From: an uncultured Gammaproteobacteria bacterium
GTDB lineage: Bacteria > Pseudomonadota > Gammaproteobacteria > Legionellales > Legionellaceae
DNA: 64,000 nucleotides
Direction: 5' to 3'
NCBI GenBank assembly: GCA_963803545.1
Contig: CAWDMX010000001.1
Location: 753,013 to 817,012 of the forward strand
In this document: positions 28,473 through 37,502 of the stretch, one piece after another
How positions within the stretch are numbered: the first letter of the stretch is position 1
Layout of the letters: each line of letters opens with the position of its first letter
The notes under the pieces: model-generated
What the model was told of the DNA's origin: nothing
What the model saw: only the letters and a program-made list of their open reading frames with translations
Databases searched by the model: none
Translations under genes and position numbers: made by a program

Positions 28473-28912
28473 GAGCGAGCCGGTGTATGAATAATATGAC
28501 GGATCACCCCCCAAATCACACATTCCGTATTGCCGGTAATGCGGATAGGAATTGCCGTGTTATCATCGGCAACAAGTTGAACGCGGCCGTTGGTCTTGCA
28601 AAGACGACGCACCATCCAATCACCACTGATAAACGCAACCACGCGATCGTTATGCGAGGGGGTAAGGCTTCGGTCTATGATGAGCAAATCGCGAGCGGTG
28701 ATATCGCTAAATCCAAAGTCGCTACTGGTTACTTTTAGAATAAACGTTGCGGCTGGATGCGGTATTAGAAATTCATTAAGATCCAAATGCGACTCTAAAT
28801 AATCATCCGCCGGAGAAGGAAAGCCGGCCTGCACACGACTGGCAAATAAGGGCAAAGGAAGAAAGTCGCTCGAAGCGACTCTATAAAAATCAAACGCGTC
28901 ACCGTGGTTCAT
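28457..28912 (-). CDS. umuD: UmuD-like protein with substituted Ser-Lys dyad
   Basis: LPLFASRVQAGFPSPADDY keeps the Ala-Gly cleavage site. The C-terminal LexA/S24-like fold aligns without gaps to E. coli UmuD. The gene overlaps umuC. Confidence 0.8.
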   Translation of the reverse strand: MNHGDAFDFYRVASSDFLPLPLFASRVQAGFPSPADDYLESHLDLNEFLIPHPAATFILKVTSSDFGFSDITARDLLIIDRSLTPSHNDRVVAFISGDWMVRRLCKTNGRVQLVADDNTAIPIRITGNTECVIWGVIRHIIHTPARSCTHL

Positions 28913-29304
28913 AAATGTGCTACTTATTTAGTTTAAAATAAAAATATAGAGCAGTAAGAACGTAATTTCTAGTAGAAAAATGCGGAGCACACCCGCAATA
29001 TCCGTAAGTTTCGATTTGCAAAGGGAAAAATAAATACAAATATTATTCTTGACATTGTCTTTATGTACGTTATTCAAGACAATACGTCATTTTCTGAAAA
29101 CAGCCTTATGATGGCGTATTATTTTGCAGCAATCTGTAAAGTAGCGCCCCTTTCCGCCATTAAAAAATATATTGAACAATAAAGAAAACCTAATAGAAAC
29201 AACAATATCAACAGCCTCGCTGTCGACGCGGTCCAATCTCGTCCTGAAAGACGAGATTTTTCGCGAAAAGCGGTTAAAACTCATGTTAAGAAATAATTGA
29301 TAAT

Positions 29305-29838
29305 TTACATTGATAAATTTAGGTTCGACGCAAATCCACATTCTAGACTTTGAATCAGCGATTTTAGAAAATCAAAACTTAAATTATATATTCCTGGAGA
29401 ACTTGTTTCTCTTGGACCCGCAATATTCAGAATTTTTACATTATTAAGATTTAACCATTGAGTAGTTTCTTTGATATTATTTTTTTTTGCGAGCATAAGA
29501 TTAATGATTAAGTAGGGTTTTTTTAACGTATTCACCTCCGATATTGTTACTATTGTTCCGTCTTGTACGTTTTTTGGTAAAGGAAGAGAGGGCACTAAAA
29601 TCAAGGTACCATCAGAATCACGTATATTTAAACAAGTACGTGTATCATAATTATGTTGCTCCGACTGAACATCGGTATCTACCTCAACCAAATTTTTAAA
29701 TTTGGCTGAAATTAAACCTGCTTCATTAATGCGTCCTTTCGGGCACCATCCTCCATACTGTACATTTAGGCCTATAGCCGCATCAAGCCCGGCTTGATCA
29801 ACCCCTGTTTGCCCACCGGTTATAATTTTTTCAATCAT
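29305..29838 (-). CDS. SLOG-superfamily protein of the putative molybdenum-carrier (YpsA-related) type
   Basis: Motifs are IITGGQTGVDQAGLDAAI...GGWCPKGR...RDSDGTLIL...NIAGPRETSSPGIY. Confidence 0.6.
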   Translation of the reverse strand: MIEKIITGGQTGVDQAGLDAAIGLNVQYGGWCPKGRINEAGLISAKFKNLVEVDTDVQSEQHNYDTRTCLNIRDSDGTLILVPSLPLPKNVQDGTIVTISEVNTLKKPYLIINLMLAKKNNIKETTQWLNLNNVKILNIAGPRETSSPGIYNLSFDFLKSLIQSLECGFASNLNLSM

Positions 29839-30127
29839 ATTTTTACCTGTTTATACTATTTAGAGGGCGTGAAATGATGATTAAAATTATAAAAATAACA
29901 CGCTTTAAAAATCTTTTATAGGTTAACTCGTGACAGTAAGGGCAATAATGCCGTGATTGGATGGCAAATAATAGGGCTAATAAAAGCATCATTTGCAGCC
30001 TCTCTGTTTCAAATTTTACAAACAGGCCTAAAGGGTAGGGGGATGAGAACGATAGGAAAAGGGAAGACGGCTAGAGTTGATAAAAGTACAGCGCGTGTTG
30101 TATTGGTTGAAAACTCCTCGATGGCTA

Positions 30128-30760
30128 TTAAAGCAGAGGCTCTTCTTCACCCGCCCATGGGTGATATTTTTTCATGACCGATACAAACAAATCGGATTCA
30201 ATTAGGCATTGCAACCATGTCTGCAAACCTAATAAAGGGGTTTGCCAAAACCAATCACGGTCAACCATCGCAAATTGACGGATGAAGGGAAATAAGGCCA
30301 CGTCAGCCAAGCTTATGCGTTCACCGAGCAACCACCGATGCTTGGTTAGCGCATTATTCAACGACTGCAAAAAAGGCATAGCTTGATTGCGATAGTAGAT
30401 AGCCTCTTGATCTTCTGAGCGTTGTGGGTATTTGTAATTATCCAAAATGGGCTTGAATTGATTGTCGTTCGTATCTATCCATTGCTTGATTTTTTCTTGG
30501 CCATGCTCCTGCAACCAATTGTCTGGATCAAAGCAGGCCAAAGCCCAATACATAATATCCAGGCTTTCATCAATCACCAGGCCATCATTAAGAACAAGAA
30601 CAGGTACTGTGCCTTTCGGCGAACGCGCTAACATCTGCGCGGGCTTTGTTTTTAGCACAACCTCACGAACACGCACGGTAATATTGGCGTAACGCAAGGT
30701 CATACGGGCACGGATAGCATACGGGCATCGTCTGAACGTGTATAACGTGGGATAGAGCAT
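30128..30760 (-). CDS. glutathione S-transferase family protein
   Basis: The thioredoxin-like N-domain reads LYTFRRCPYAIRARMTL...SPKGTVPVLVL.DGLVIDESLDIMYW and is followed by a helical C-domain. Confidence 0.75.
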   Translation of the reverse strand: MLYPTLYTFRRCPYAIRARMTLRYANITVRVREVVLKTKPAQMLARSPKGTVPVLVLNDGLVIDESLDIMYWALACFDPDNWLQEHGQEKIKQWIDTNDNQFKPILDNYKYPQRSEDQEAIYYRNQAMPFLQSLNNALTKHRWLLGERISLADVALFPFIRQFAMVDRDWFWQTPLLGLQTWLQCLIESDLFVSVMKKYHPWAGEEEPLL

Positions 30761-30836
30761 TTATTAGCGTATTGTAAATAATTGTCGTGTTTGGCAGTGT
30801 ATCCAGCCAGATAAACAGATGCAAGGGTTTGGCTGT

Positions 30837-31016
30837 TCATCGCGACTTACGTTGGTCTATCGCTGCTGCTCGGGACGAACTAAAATGAAAATTCGCTAAT
30901 TGAGCATCTTTCGCTTCTTTACCGGTAAATAATGATTTTAGAAATACAAGCCATTTGGGTTGTGGTTTCGCATCACTGTGTTTATGGATAATTTCTGTAA
31001 TTATACTTTTTAACAT
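30837..31016 (-). CDS. possible small ORF (59 aa), unknown function
   Basis: The ATG at 31014-31016 opens MLKSIITEIIHKHSDAKPQPKW..., ending at the TGA at 30837-30839. It is below the track cutoff and has no clear RBS. Confidence 0.2.
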   Translation of the reverse strand: MLKSIITEIIHKHSDAKPQPKWLVFLKSLFTGKEAKDAQLANFHFSSSRAAAIDQRKSR

Positions 31017-31161
31017 ATTTATTAAAAGACCAGGTTAGTCAAAAAAATTACATTATGGAGGCTAAACAGCGATTGTCAACCACCGGTTTTATCGGCGGAA
31101 ACGCTTACAAAAATTTATCATTATTTTGTATACGCAACTTTGTTGACCCTGCCCATTAGGC

Positions 31162-31506
31162 TCACGGTCGAAGATTGACTTTGTCGTCCAGTGAACTCAA
31201 GGGCAACTCGGACGCCTTTTCAACATAGGTTGCGAATGACTGGTGTGGCTTTACCCCGTCCCCAACAAGCCCGAAGCTTTCGAAATGAATGCCATTGATA
31301 TTTAGAATGAACCATAAGGAATTGGTCGTCTGCGTTTTGAAAAAACACCGTGAACTGTTGTCTTCGGTTCCGTCGCGTTTTACAGCTAAGACTACCAGGT
31401 TAATTTCAAGCACCGGCGTGAGTGCTTGAATAATTGCCTCGTCGACCCAAGAGATTGATTTGCGGTGGTAGGCTGTATATTCATCAATGAGTTGATTGCC
31501 TATCAC
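31162..31506 (-). pseudogene. OTU-like protease fragment (C-terminal half, His motif retained)
   Basis: WVDEAIIQALTPVLEINLVVL...NINGIHFESF parallels the OTU of the giant protein. The frame stays open upstream to a stop at 31618-31620 and contains no ATG. The only start is the GTG at 31506. Confidence 0.5.
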
Positions 31507-31666
31507 GTAATTTTGAAAATATTCTTTTCTGGCCTCAATAAAGTTGCACGCTAGCTCGCGCCAATTATCAACGCTATTGGAGCATGCAATCGTTTTTAAT
31601 GAACAGACTATTGCGTGCTAAAAAAAGCTGTCATCGACAGAACTTCTAAGTGTAGTGAGACTCTGT

Positions 31667-32206
31667 TTACGCCAACCTTTTGGTTTTCCCTTCTTCGTCG
31701 AACGCTGCGTCGGGCGTATTGATGGTTTTAAATAAGCCAAAGGATGAAGTTGATGCAACCCTCACAGGCGAAAAAGATTGTGTTTGAAGGATGATTGGAG
31801 AAACTCTAAGATTTGGCTCATGAGTTAACTCTGTTTCAAGCGCGGCTAATTCTTCTGATTTGGTTTTAATAAAGTCTTGAGCATTTAGTATAGTATGTTT
31901 TGCGAAACAATCAGAAAGTATAAGTAAACCCACAGCGATTCCGGGAATAACCATAGCTGTTATACCAAAAAGACCCGTTAAAAGTAAAGTTGCCGCAAAA
32001 AGAATTAAAGGAATAAGTACATAATGTGCTATTTGATGCCGTCGCACTTGATTATTGTTAGATAATTTTAGTTCTAATATTGGTCTTGGAAGCTCGTCGG
32101 CAAACGCCTTTTTTTTCTGAATTTCATCCCTTAAGAGGGCAATTTTTTTTTCAAGCTCCGTAGCTGTAGTTAAATCAGTGATACATTGATGAGATAAGTT
32201 CTTCAT
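31667..32206 (-). CDS. membrane protein with coiled N terminus and one long bilobed hydrophobic block
   Basis: TELEKKIALLRDEIQKKKAF is followed by HYVLIPLILFAATLLLTGLFGITAMVIPGIAVGLLILSDCFA, then a second helical part. Confidence 0.6.
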   Translation of the reverse strand: MKNLSHQCITDLTTATELEKKIALLRDEIQKKKAFADELPRPILELKLSNNNQVRRHQIAHYVLIPLILFAATLLLTGLFGITAMVIPGIAVGLLILSDCFAKHTILNAQDFIKTKSEELAALETELTHEPNLRVSPIILQTQSFSPVRVASTSSFGLFKTINTPDAAFDEEGKTKRLA

Positions 32207-32390
32207 TGCTTAAGTCCTAGTTAAAGGTGTTTAAAAAAATGTCTGGTTTATTTAGTTGCATTAATAATAGTTGCATTAATAACGCGTTTTTATATCATGA
32301 AAAAATTTTACTGTCCAATCCGTTTTTTAGACACGCTGCTCGGATTTAGTTGCATTAAACACGGCTGTTAGAGCAAATATGGCGCTGTCG

Positions 32391-32730
32391 CAAAAATAGT
32401 ACGATCGTAAGACCGATTTACTTTTAGGCGCGTTTATGCCGTCAGGCCGTAGCGCTGCAACCATTGAGCGGTGCCGCGTATGCCGGAGGTGATACTTATG
32501 CTTCAAACAATCAATAACAGTTTCAATTAAATTGCGCTGATCTAACCGTTGTTTTTCATCATCGGTTCTCACTAATTTTTTCTTCGTATTTTTCGTTTTC
32601 CTGTGATCAGTTTCAAGCTTTTTGTAAACAATTTCTTATCAACTCCCTTGTCACCAAATGCAAGTTCCTCAAGATCGCACATCAACGATCCAGGCACAGT
32701 ACGGTCACTGACATTACTTTTGGTTATTTT
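32391..32730 (-). pseudogene. IS982-family transposase remnant abutting a ~75-bp IS6 end fragment
   Basis: On the minus strand, GDKGVDKKL...LITGKRK and LIETVIDCLKHKYHLRHTRHRS are IS982-type C-terminal motifs. GGCGCTGTCGCAAAAA at 32391-32406, plus the last transposase codons (YGLTA*), matches the IS6 element end. Confidence 0.5.
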
Positions 32731-33838
32731 AAATGCTATTAATTCACAAGTTGATTAATAACAACACGGACTTTTAGACCAAAAAAAACCCGCCTACGGA
32801 TGTACGACCCTATGCTGCAATTTCTTTAAAAACTTGATTAGGTTTTGATACCTTAAGAAGGCACGCAGGAAAGCAACTTCCATCGGTATAAAATAGGCTG
32901 GTTTTTCGCCTACATTTGTATTGTGAGAACACGGCTAATGGCAAAATTGCTCGACTCATTAACGCAACAAATCGTTGATAGCGGGGGGTGATTCCGGAAA
33001 ATACTGTTTCCAATAAATCTGTAAAATTTCAATAGCCAACCATTTGGAACAAAATTTGGGTGGCGTAATTTCGCTAACCGATAAACAACAAGTAGGTCCT
33101 CGACTACCTTTTGTTGGGCTTGTTAATAGCGGTTGAGGCATACTTTATCTAATTCTTTGTAAAAATCGTCGATTTCGCAAAAAAGAGCGACTATCGGGCA
33201 CTCCATCAACATATTGAAATTACTTTTAAACGAGAAAAATCAGCATGTTAAGATCGGCAACTCTTTTTTCAATGGCTATGAAAATTCGAACTGGGCTTTT
33301 ATAAAGAAATCACAATTGATGATAGAGCGGATAGTTGTAGTGAAAAGGTCAGTTGGCTTCTTTTAAAACATATGTGGGGTTTTGAAAAACGGATAGTTAT
33401 CATTTGGAATTTACTAAAAAAAATTATCCAGGTGTTCGTATTATTGACATACACTCTAATGCGGCATTAGAAAAATTACCGCTACCTAAATTGAACATCA
33501 AAACAGATATTTTATCTAAGTATGAAATTTAAAAAATAAGGAAAATTTATATTTTACAATGTGGGATTAAAATTTTTTGCAACCAGTTAAAAATAAATGT
33601 ATTGGCTGCAGTCTAGACTGGTAAAGGGGTGTAGAGGTGTTCTTGGAAATATTGTACCCGTCTGAAAGGAACCTCTAGACGGATACAATATTATTTAGCT
33701 GCATTATGTACCAATAATCCTTAGCCGAATGCCATTGTTTTCCACAGAACGCCAGCTAGGCTTTAAAATATAAAACGGTTGACAAACGGCTACTTTAAGA
33801 TAGATTTGCGGGTTTTAATAATCACTCGTGAGCACTTT

Positions 33839-35248
33839 ATGATCATTAACGTACCTCAAGGCTATAGCGCCAGATTAATAGCAAAAGATTCCGCTTCTCT
33901 AGGCATTGAAGCGCTTTATACCGATGGTTTTTCTAGCTGCAACATCATTATCTGCTTGAGTGAAAAGCGTATTACCCTAATTCATGTTGATATAAAAATG
34001 CATTATGATGTTCTGAAAATAAAAAAAGAAATTGAATGGGTTGATAAACCCAACGAGTTCATTCTCTTGGCAAGAAGTGAATCCCCTATAAGGGACAATA
34101 TTACTCAGTTATTTGCAGAGTATTTTCCTGACAGGAAATTACAATCTAAAATAGTAACGGACGATTATGATGGAGTATCTGTTTCCTTTGCAAAAAATCA
34201 GGAAAACCAATTACATTCCCAAATAAGCCAATACCCCATGGAAATTAAGCCTGACGAGCTTTGTCGCCATCCTCAAGAAAAAAGGCTACTGGCTGTACAA
34301 AAGATTGAACAAATTATAGGTGTTGGATTCAGGGCAAGGCATCCTTTCAACTTTGTATCGCTTTTACAAGCAAGGCAATGCCATTTGTTTGACGGAAACG
34401 CTTGGGAATTCTTAGATAAGAACCATTTGAAAGTAGATGTTCCTGATGAGCAAACGAAATACATAATGAATACTTTTGATAAAGATAATCCTTTTATCAC
34501 GACTGCTCGCCTTTTAGGCGAGATTATTGATTCTGACAACGAAGGTACGGTTATATTGGAGCCCATAGCAGATATGTGCCTGAGCGTGGCTCCATATATT
34601 GAGTATTATTTGAACGATTTTGCAAACGAGGAAACATTGTTTTCTAGAAACTTTAAGGACTCTTTAGACTTTTATGAGGCCTCAGAAAAGCAAGATAAAG
34701 ATTTGAAAGACAAGTTATTAACGCTTATTACGCAAAAGGGGAATGTGTTTAAAGAAATAACTTCTGCTATAGAGGAATATAAATTAAATTCTAGAAACAC
34801 GATATTTAAGGAAAAAATAGTAGATGAATATGGAACGTTTGCTCGAAGTTATAAAGAAAGACACGCGTATACAGAGGCAGACATAGCCAATTCAAAGCAG
34901 TTGCAAGTAGCAAAAAAAATCGCGAGCTATGGAGCGTTGGCGTATCAAAAGAAAGATTATGTAAATGCAGAAGTATTTTTTAAAGATACTTTAAAAAAAA
35001 TGACCCTGTGTTGTACTAAAAATAATACTCAGTTAGCGATAGCGTATTACAATCTAGGACGCAGCTTGCAGCAATTAGAGCGTTTTGTGGAAGCGAAAAA
35101 ATATTTATCCTATAGTCTTACTCTTAAGAAGAATTTTACCAGCTCAAAACCAGAGCGTTTAAGTATAGAAAAAACAGAAAAAGCATTAGCCGACTGTCAA
35201 GAGCAACTCGCTCTTTCCGTGAATAAAGCTCCCAGTGCGTTTTCATGA
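33839..35248 (+). CDS. hypothetical protein with C-terminal TPR repeats
   Basis: The ATG at 33839 opens MIINVPQGY. The C terminus AYQKKDYVNAEVFFKDTL...AIAYYNLGRSLQQLERFVEAKKYLSYSL is TPR-like. Confidence 0.6.
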   Translation: MIINVPQGYSARLIAKDSASLGIEALYTDGFSSCNIIICLSEKRITLIHVDIKMHYDVLKIKKEIEWVDKPNEFILLARSESPIRDNITQLFAEYFPDRKLQSKIVTDDYDGVSVSFAKNQENQLHSQISQYPMEIKPDELCRHPQEKRLLAVQKIEQIIGVGFRARHPFNFVSLLQARQCHLFDGNAWEFLDKNHLKVDVPDEQTKYIMNTFDKDNPFITTARLLGEIIDSDNEGTVILEPIADMCLSVAPYIEYYLNDFANEETLFSRNFKDSLDFYEASEKQDKDLKDKLLTLITQKGNVFKEITSAIEEYKLNSRNTIFKEKIVDEYGTFARSYKERHAYTEADIANSKQLQVAKKIASYGALAYQKKDYVNAEVFFKDTLKKMTLCCTKNNTQLAIAYYNLGRSLQQLERFVEAKKYLSYSLTLKKNFTSSKPERLSIEKTEKALADCQEQLALSVNKAPSAFS

Positions 35249-35299
35249 CTTTAATTTGCGCGGTAACCAATGCGACAGTTTGCCACTAATACATGTTAT

Positions 35300-36000
35300 T
35301 CAGGATCGAAGGCTCATCCAGTAGCATGGATGGCGGTTCGGTTGCAAAAAATTAGAGAAAAGACTAAAAGTGTTGTCATTAAGAGTACGGATGGCAGTAA
35401 TATGCCCAGTTTCAAGGGGCGCATTTGTCGCTTGGCGTGTTAAACGACCTGCGTGCTCGTAGAGGTGAAGGCTTTTTAATTGCCAGTATCGATGGTTTAA
35501 AAGGATTTCCAGACGCCACCGCCAACGTGTTTCCAAAAACTGAAATTCAACTTTGTATCGTGCACCAAATCAGAAGTTCATTAAAGTCTGGGGTTAGTAA
35601 AGACCAGACTTTAATGAACGATTTAAAGCTCGTATACAAAGCCACAAGCAAAGACTTGGCCGAACATCACGTGCTTGAACTGGATGGTAAATGGCGCAAA
35701 AAATACCCCGCTGTTTTAAAGTCATGGAACGATAATTGAGAGGCTTTATCGCAGCTCTTGACGTATTCATAAGAGCTTCGACGCATTGTTTAGACAACTA
35801 ATATTGTTGAGGCTTTTCATCGACAGGTTCGAAAATACACCCAAAGCAAGGGCGCATTTCCCAATGAAAATGCCTTGGTAAAATTAACCTATCACGCTTG
35901 CCAAAAAATACTGAAAAAATAGAATCAGCCTGCGCGCGATTGGGCGCTGATTGCTTCACAACTCCAAGTATTTTTCGATGGAAGATTAAATTTGGGATTA
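35300..36000 (+). pseudogene. IS256-family transposase remnant
   Basis: VLNDLRARRGEGFLIASIDGLKGFPDATANVFPKTEIQLCIVHQIRSS is the IS256 core. The downstream TTNIVEAFHRQVRKYT lies in another frame, with stops between. Confidence 0.7.
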
Positions 36001-36108
36001 CGATAAATCAGGAGCTGACACAGTTAAATGAACGCTCTCATAGACAGGGATACTATCCCCTTGCTTGGTAAAATAGAACTCAACAGCATCTTATTTTTTC
36101 AATTCTTG

Positions 36109-36522
36109 TCATGAAATAATTTGTTCAATCTCGGGAGGAATAAACAGTGTTGATGCAGCATTAGGATTACTGTTAACGCATGTCGCGCTAAATATAGCCT
36201 TCATAATGACCTTTCCATCACTAACTCGCCTAATATCCTGCCTATGCGCCCAGTGGTAAGGTAGATCGTCTTGCGTTATTTTGCTTGTCACGATAAAGGT
36301 GTCGTTGGCAGTTAATGAATTCTTGAACTTCATCGTGCATGATGTCACGACTAATTTTAATCCTCTATTTGCAAAGTCAGTGTGATTGATATTCAAAAAC
36401 TCACCATGCTTGTGTCTAGCATGAGAAAGATAGATCATATAATTTGCATTATTTACAATGCCTTGAGCATCTAGTTCGTTATCACGAAGCTCCATCTCCA
36501 ATGAAAAATTATCTAAACTCAT
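36109..36522 (-). CDS. hotdog-fold acyl-CoA thioesterase (YbgC/4HBT-like)
   Basis: ELRDNELDAQGIVNNANYMIYLSHARH matches the 4HBT N-terminal catalytic region. The start is taken at MSLDNF. Confidence 0.65.
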   Translation of the reverse strand: MSLDNFSLEMELRDNELDAQGIVNNANYMIYLSHARHKHGEFLNINHTDFANRGLKLVVTSCTMKFKNSLTANDTFIVTSKITQDDLPYHWAHRQDIRRVSDGKVIMKAIFSATCVNSNPNAASTLFIPPEIEQIIS

Positions 36523-36599
36523 TAATACCTCTTTACAATGATATGCGCATATCATGTGTATGATTTCAATGCATCATTTTATGGTTAATATATACTATT

Positions 36600-37440
36600 G
36601 TAAAGAATTTTAGCATGAGCGATTCATCCATAAACGTATCAATTGGTCAAGGAATTATTGCGTATATTTGGGATTACACACCCTATTCTCTAAAAAATAT
36701 TGCCCATCTTTCTGGCTCACTGCTCGACTGTATCCGTAAAATTTACGGTCATGCCTCTGTTCCAAAAATTTTCAAATCAACGTTGCAACTACTTCACCCG
36801 AAAGCTCATACTCCAACCAACAACCTTCCTTGAGAACAGGTCAATTACTACAGCCAAGTATAAGCAGTCTTCTTGCGTGTGAATGCAGGTGATATCGGAT
36901 AGCTAAGCTTGATAAGGTTTTGCGACAGTAAGCTTGCGGTTACGTACATTTTCATATAAAAGTTTTTTGTGCTTGCTGTTTGTCGTTGCCTTATATTTCT
37001 TGCGGTAGCGAATAAAAACATAGCCTCTATCATTAGTCATTTGGTTTTTTTTAGACCAATAAGATAACCTAGTTCATTCGATACTTTTCTCATTCGACGA
37101 CCGCCATAAGTATATTGGCTCGCTTCAGAATTTTTTTAATCCACTCCAACATTTCTTGGCGCTCAGGATCTTCAGGAAGATTTTTTTGGCGTCAAAGCCG
37201 TTTGCTCTTGAATCGTTAGCTGAAACTCCAGGAAGGCGGCGAGGAAACAATGCTCATAATGCAACAAGCCCTCTAATCTCCTCGGGTTTTTTGTTTTTCG
37301 ACAACTCAATAATACCGAGTTTTAGCGGTGGTTTTAATTCCAAATGTATTATCTTGAATTTACAGAAGCTTACGGACATAACCAATGTGTATGGGGTTAA
37401 ACCCTCGGCAACCCTGTTTGAAATCTAACGAAAACAGGGC
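36600..37440 (-). pseudogene. IS3-family transposase remnant
   Basis: The minus strand reads [33 protein letters not shown] (integrase core) and YTYGGRRMRKVSNELGYLIGLKK, with several stops and frame changes. Confidence 0.55.
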
Positions 37441-37502
37441 GTAGTGTATGAAAAAAATTGAATCAAAATTCATAGATATTTTTTTGATGCGTTAAGGTTT
37501 AG

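Noticed and set aside
28913-29010. A LexA/SOS box upstream of umuD.
   Set aside because: No CTGT-N8-ACAG or other convincing palindrome was found. Only a weak ACT-N5-AGT is present. No regulatory site can be supported.
36615-37428. Plus-strand ORFs at 36615-36833, 36700-36882 and 37156-37428.
   Set aside because: They are antisense to clear IS3-family transposase remnants on the minus strand (DITCIHT...[17 protein letters not shown]).
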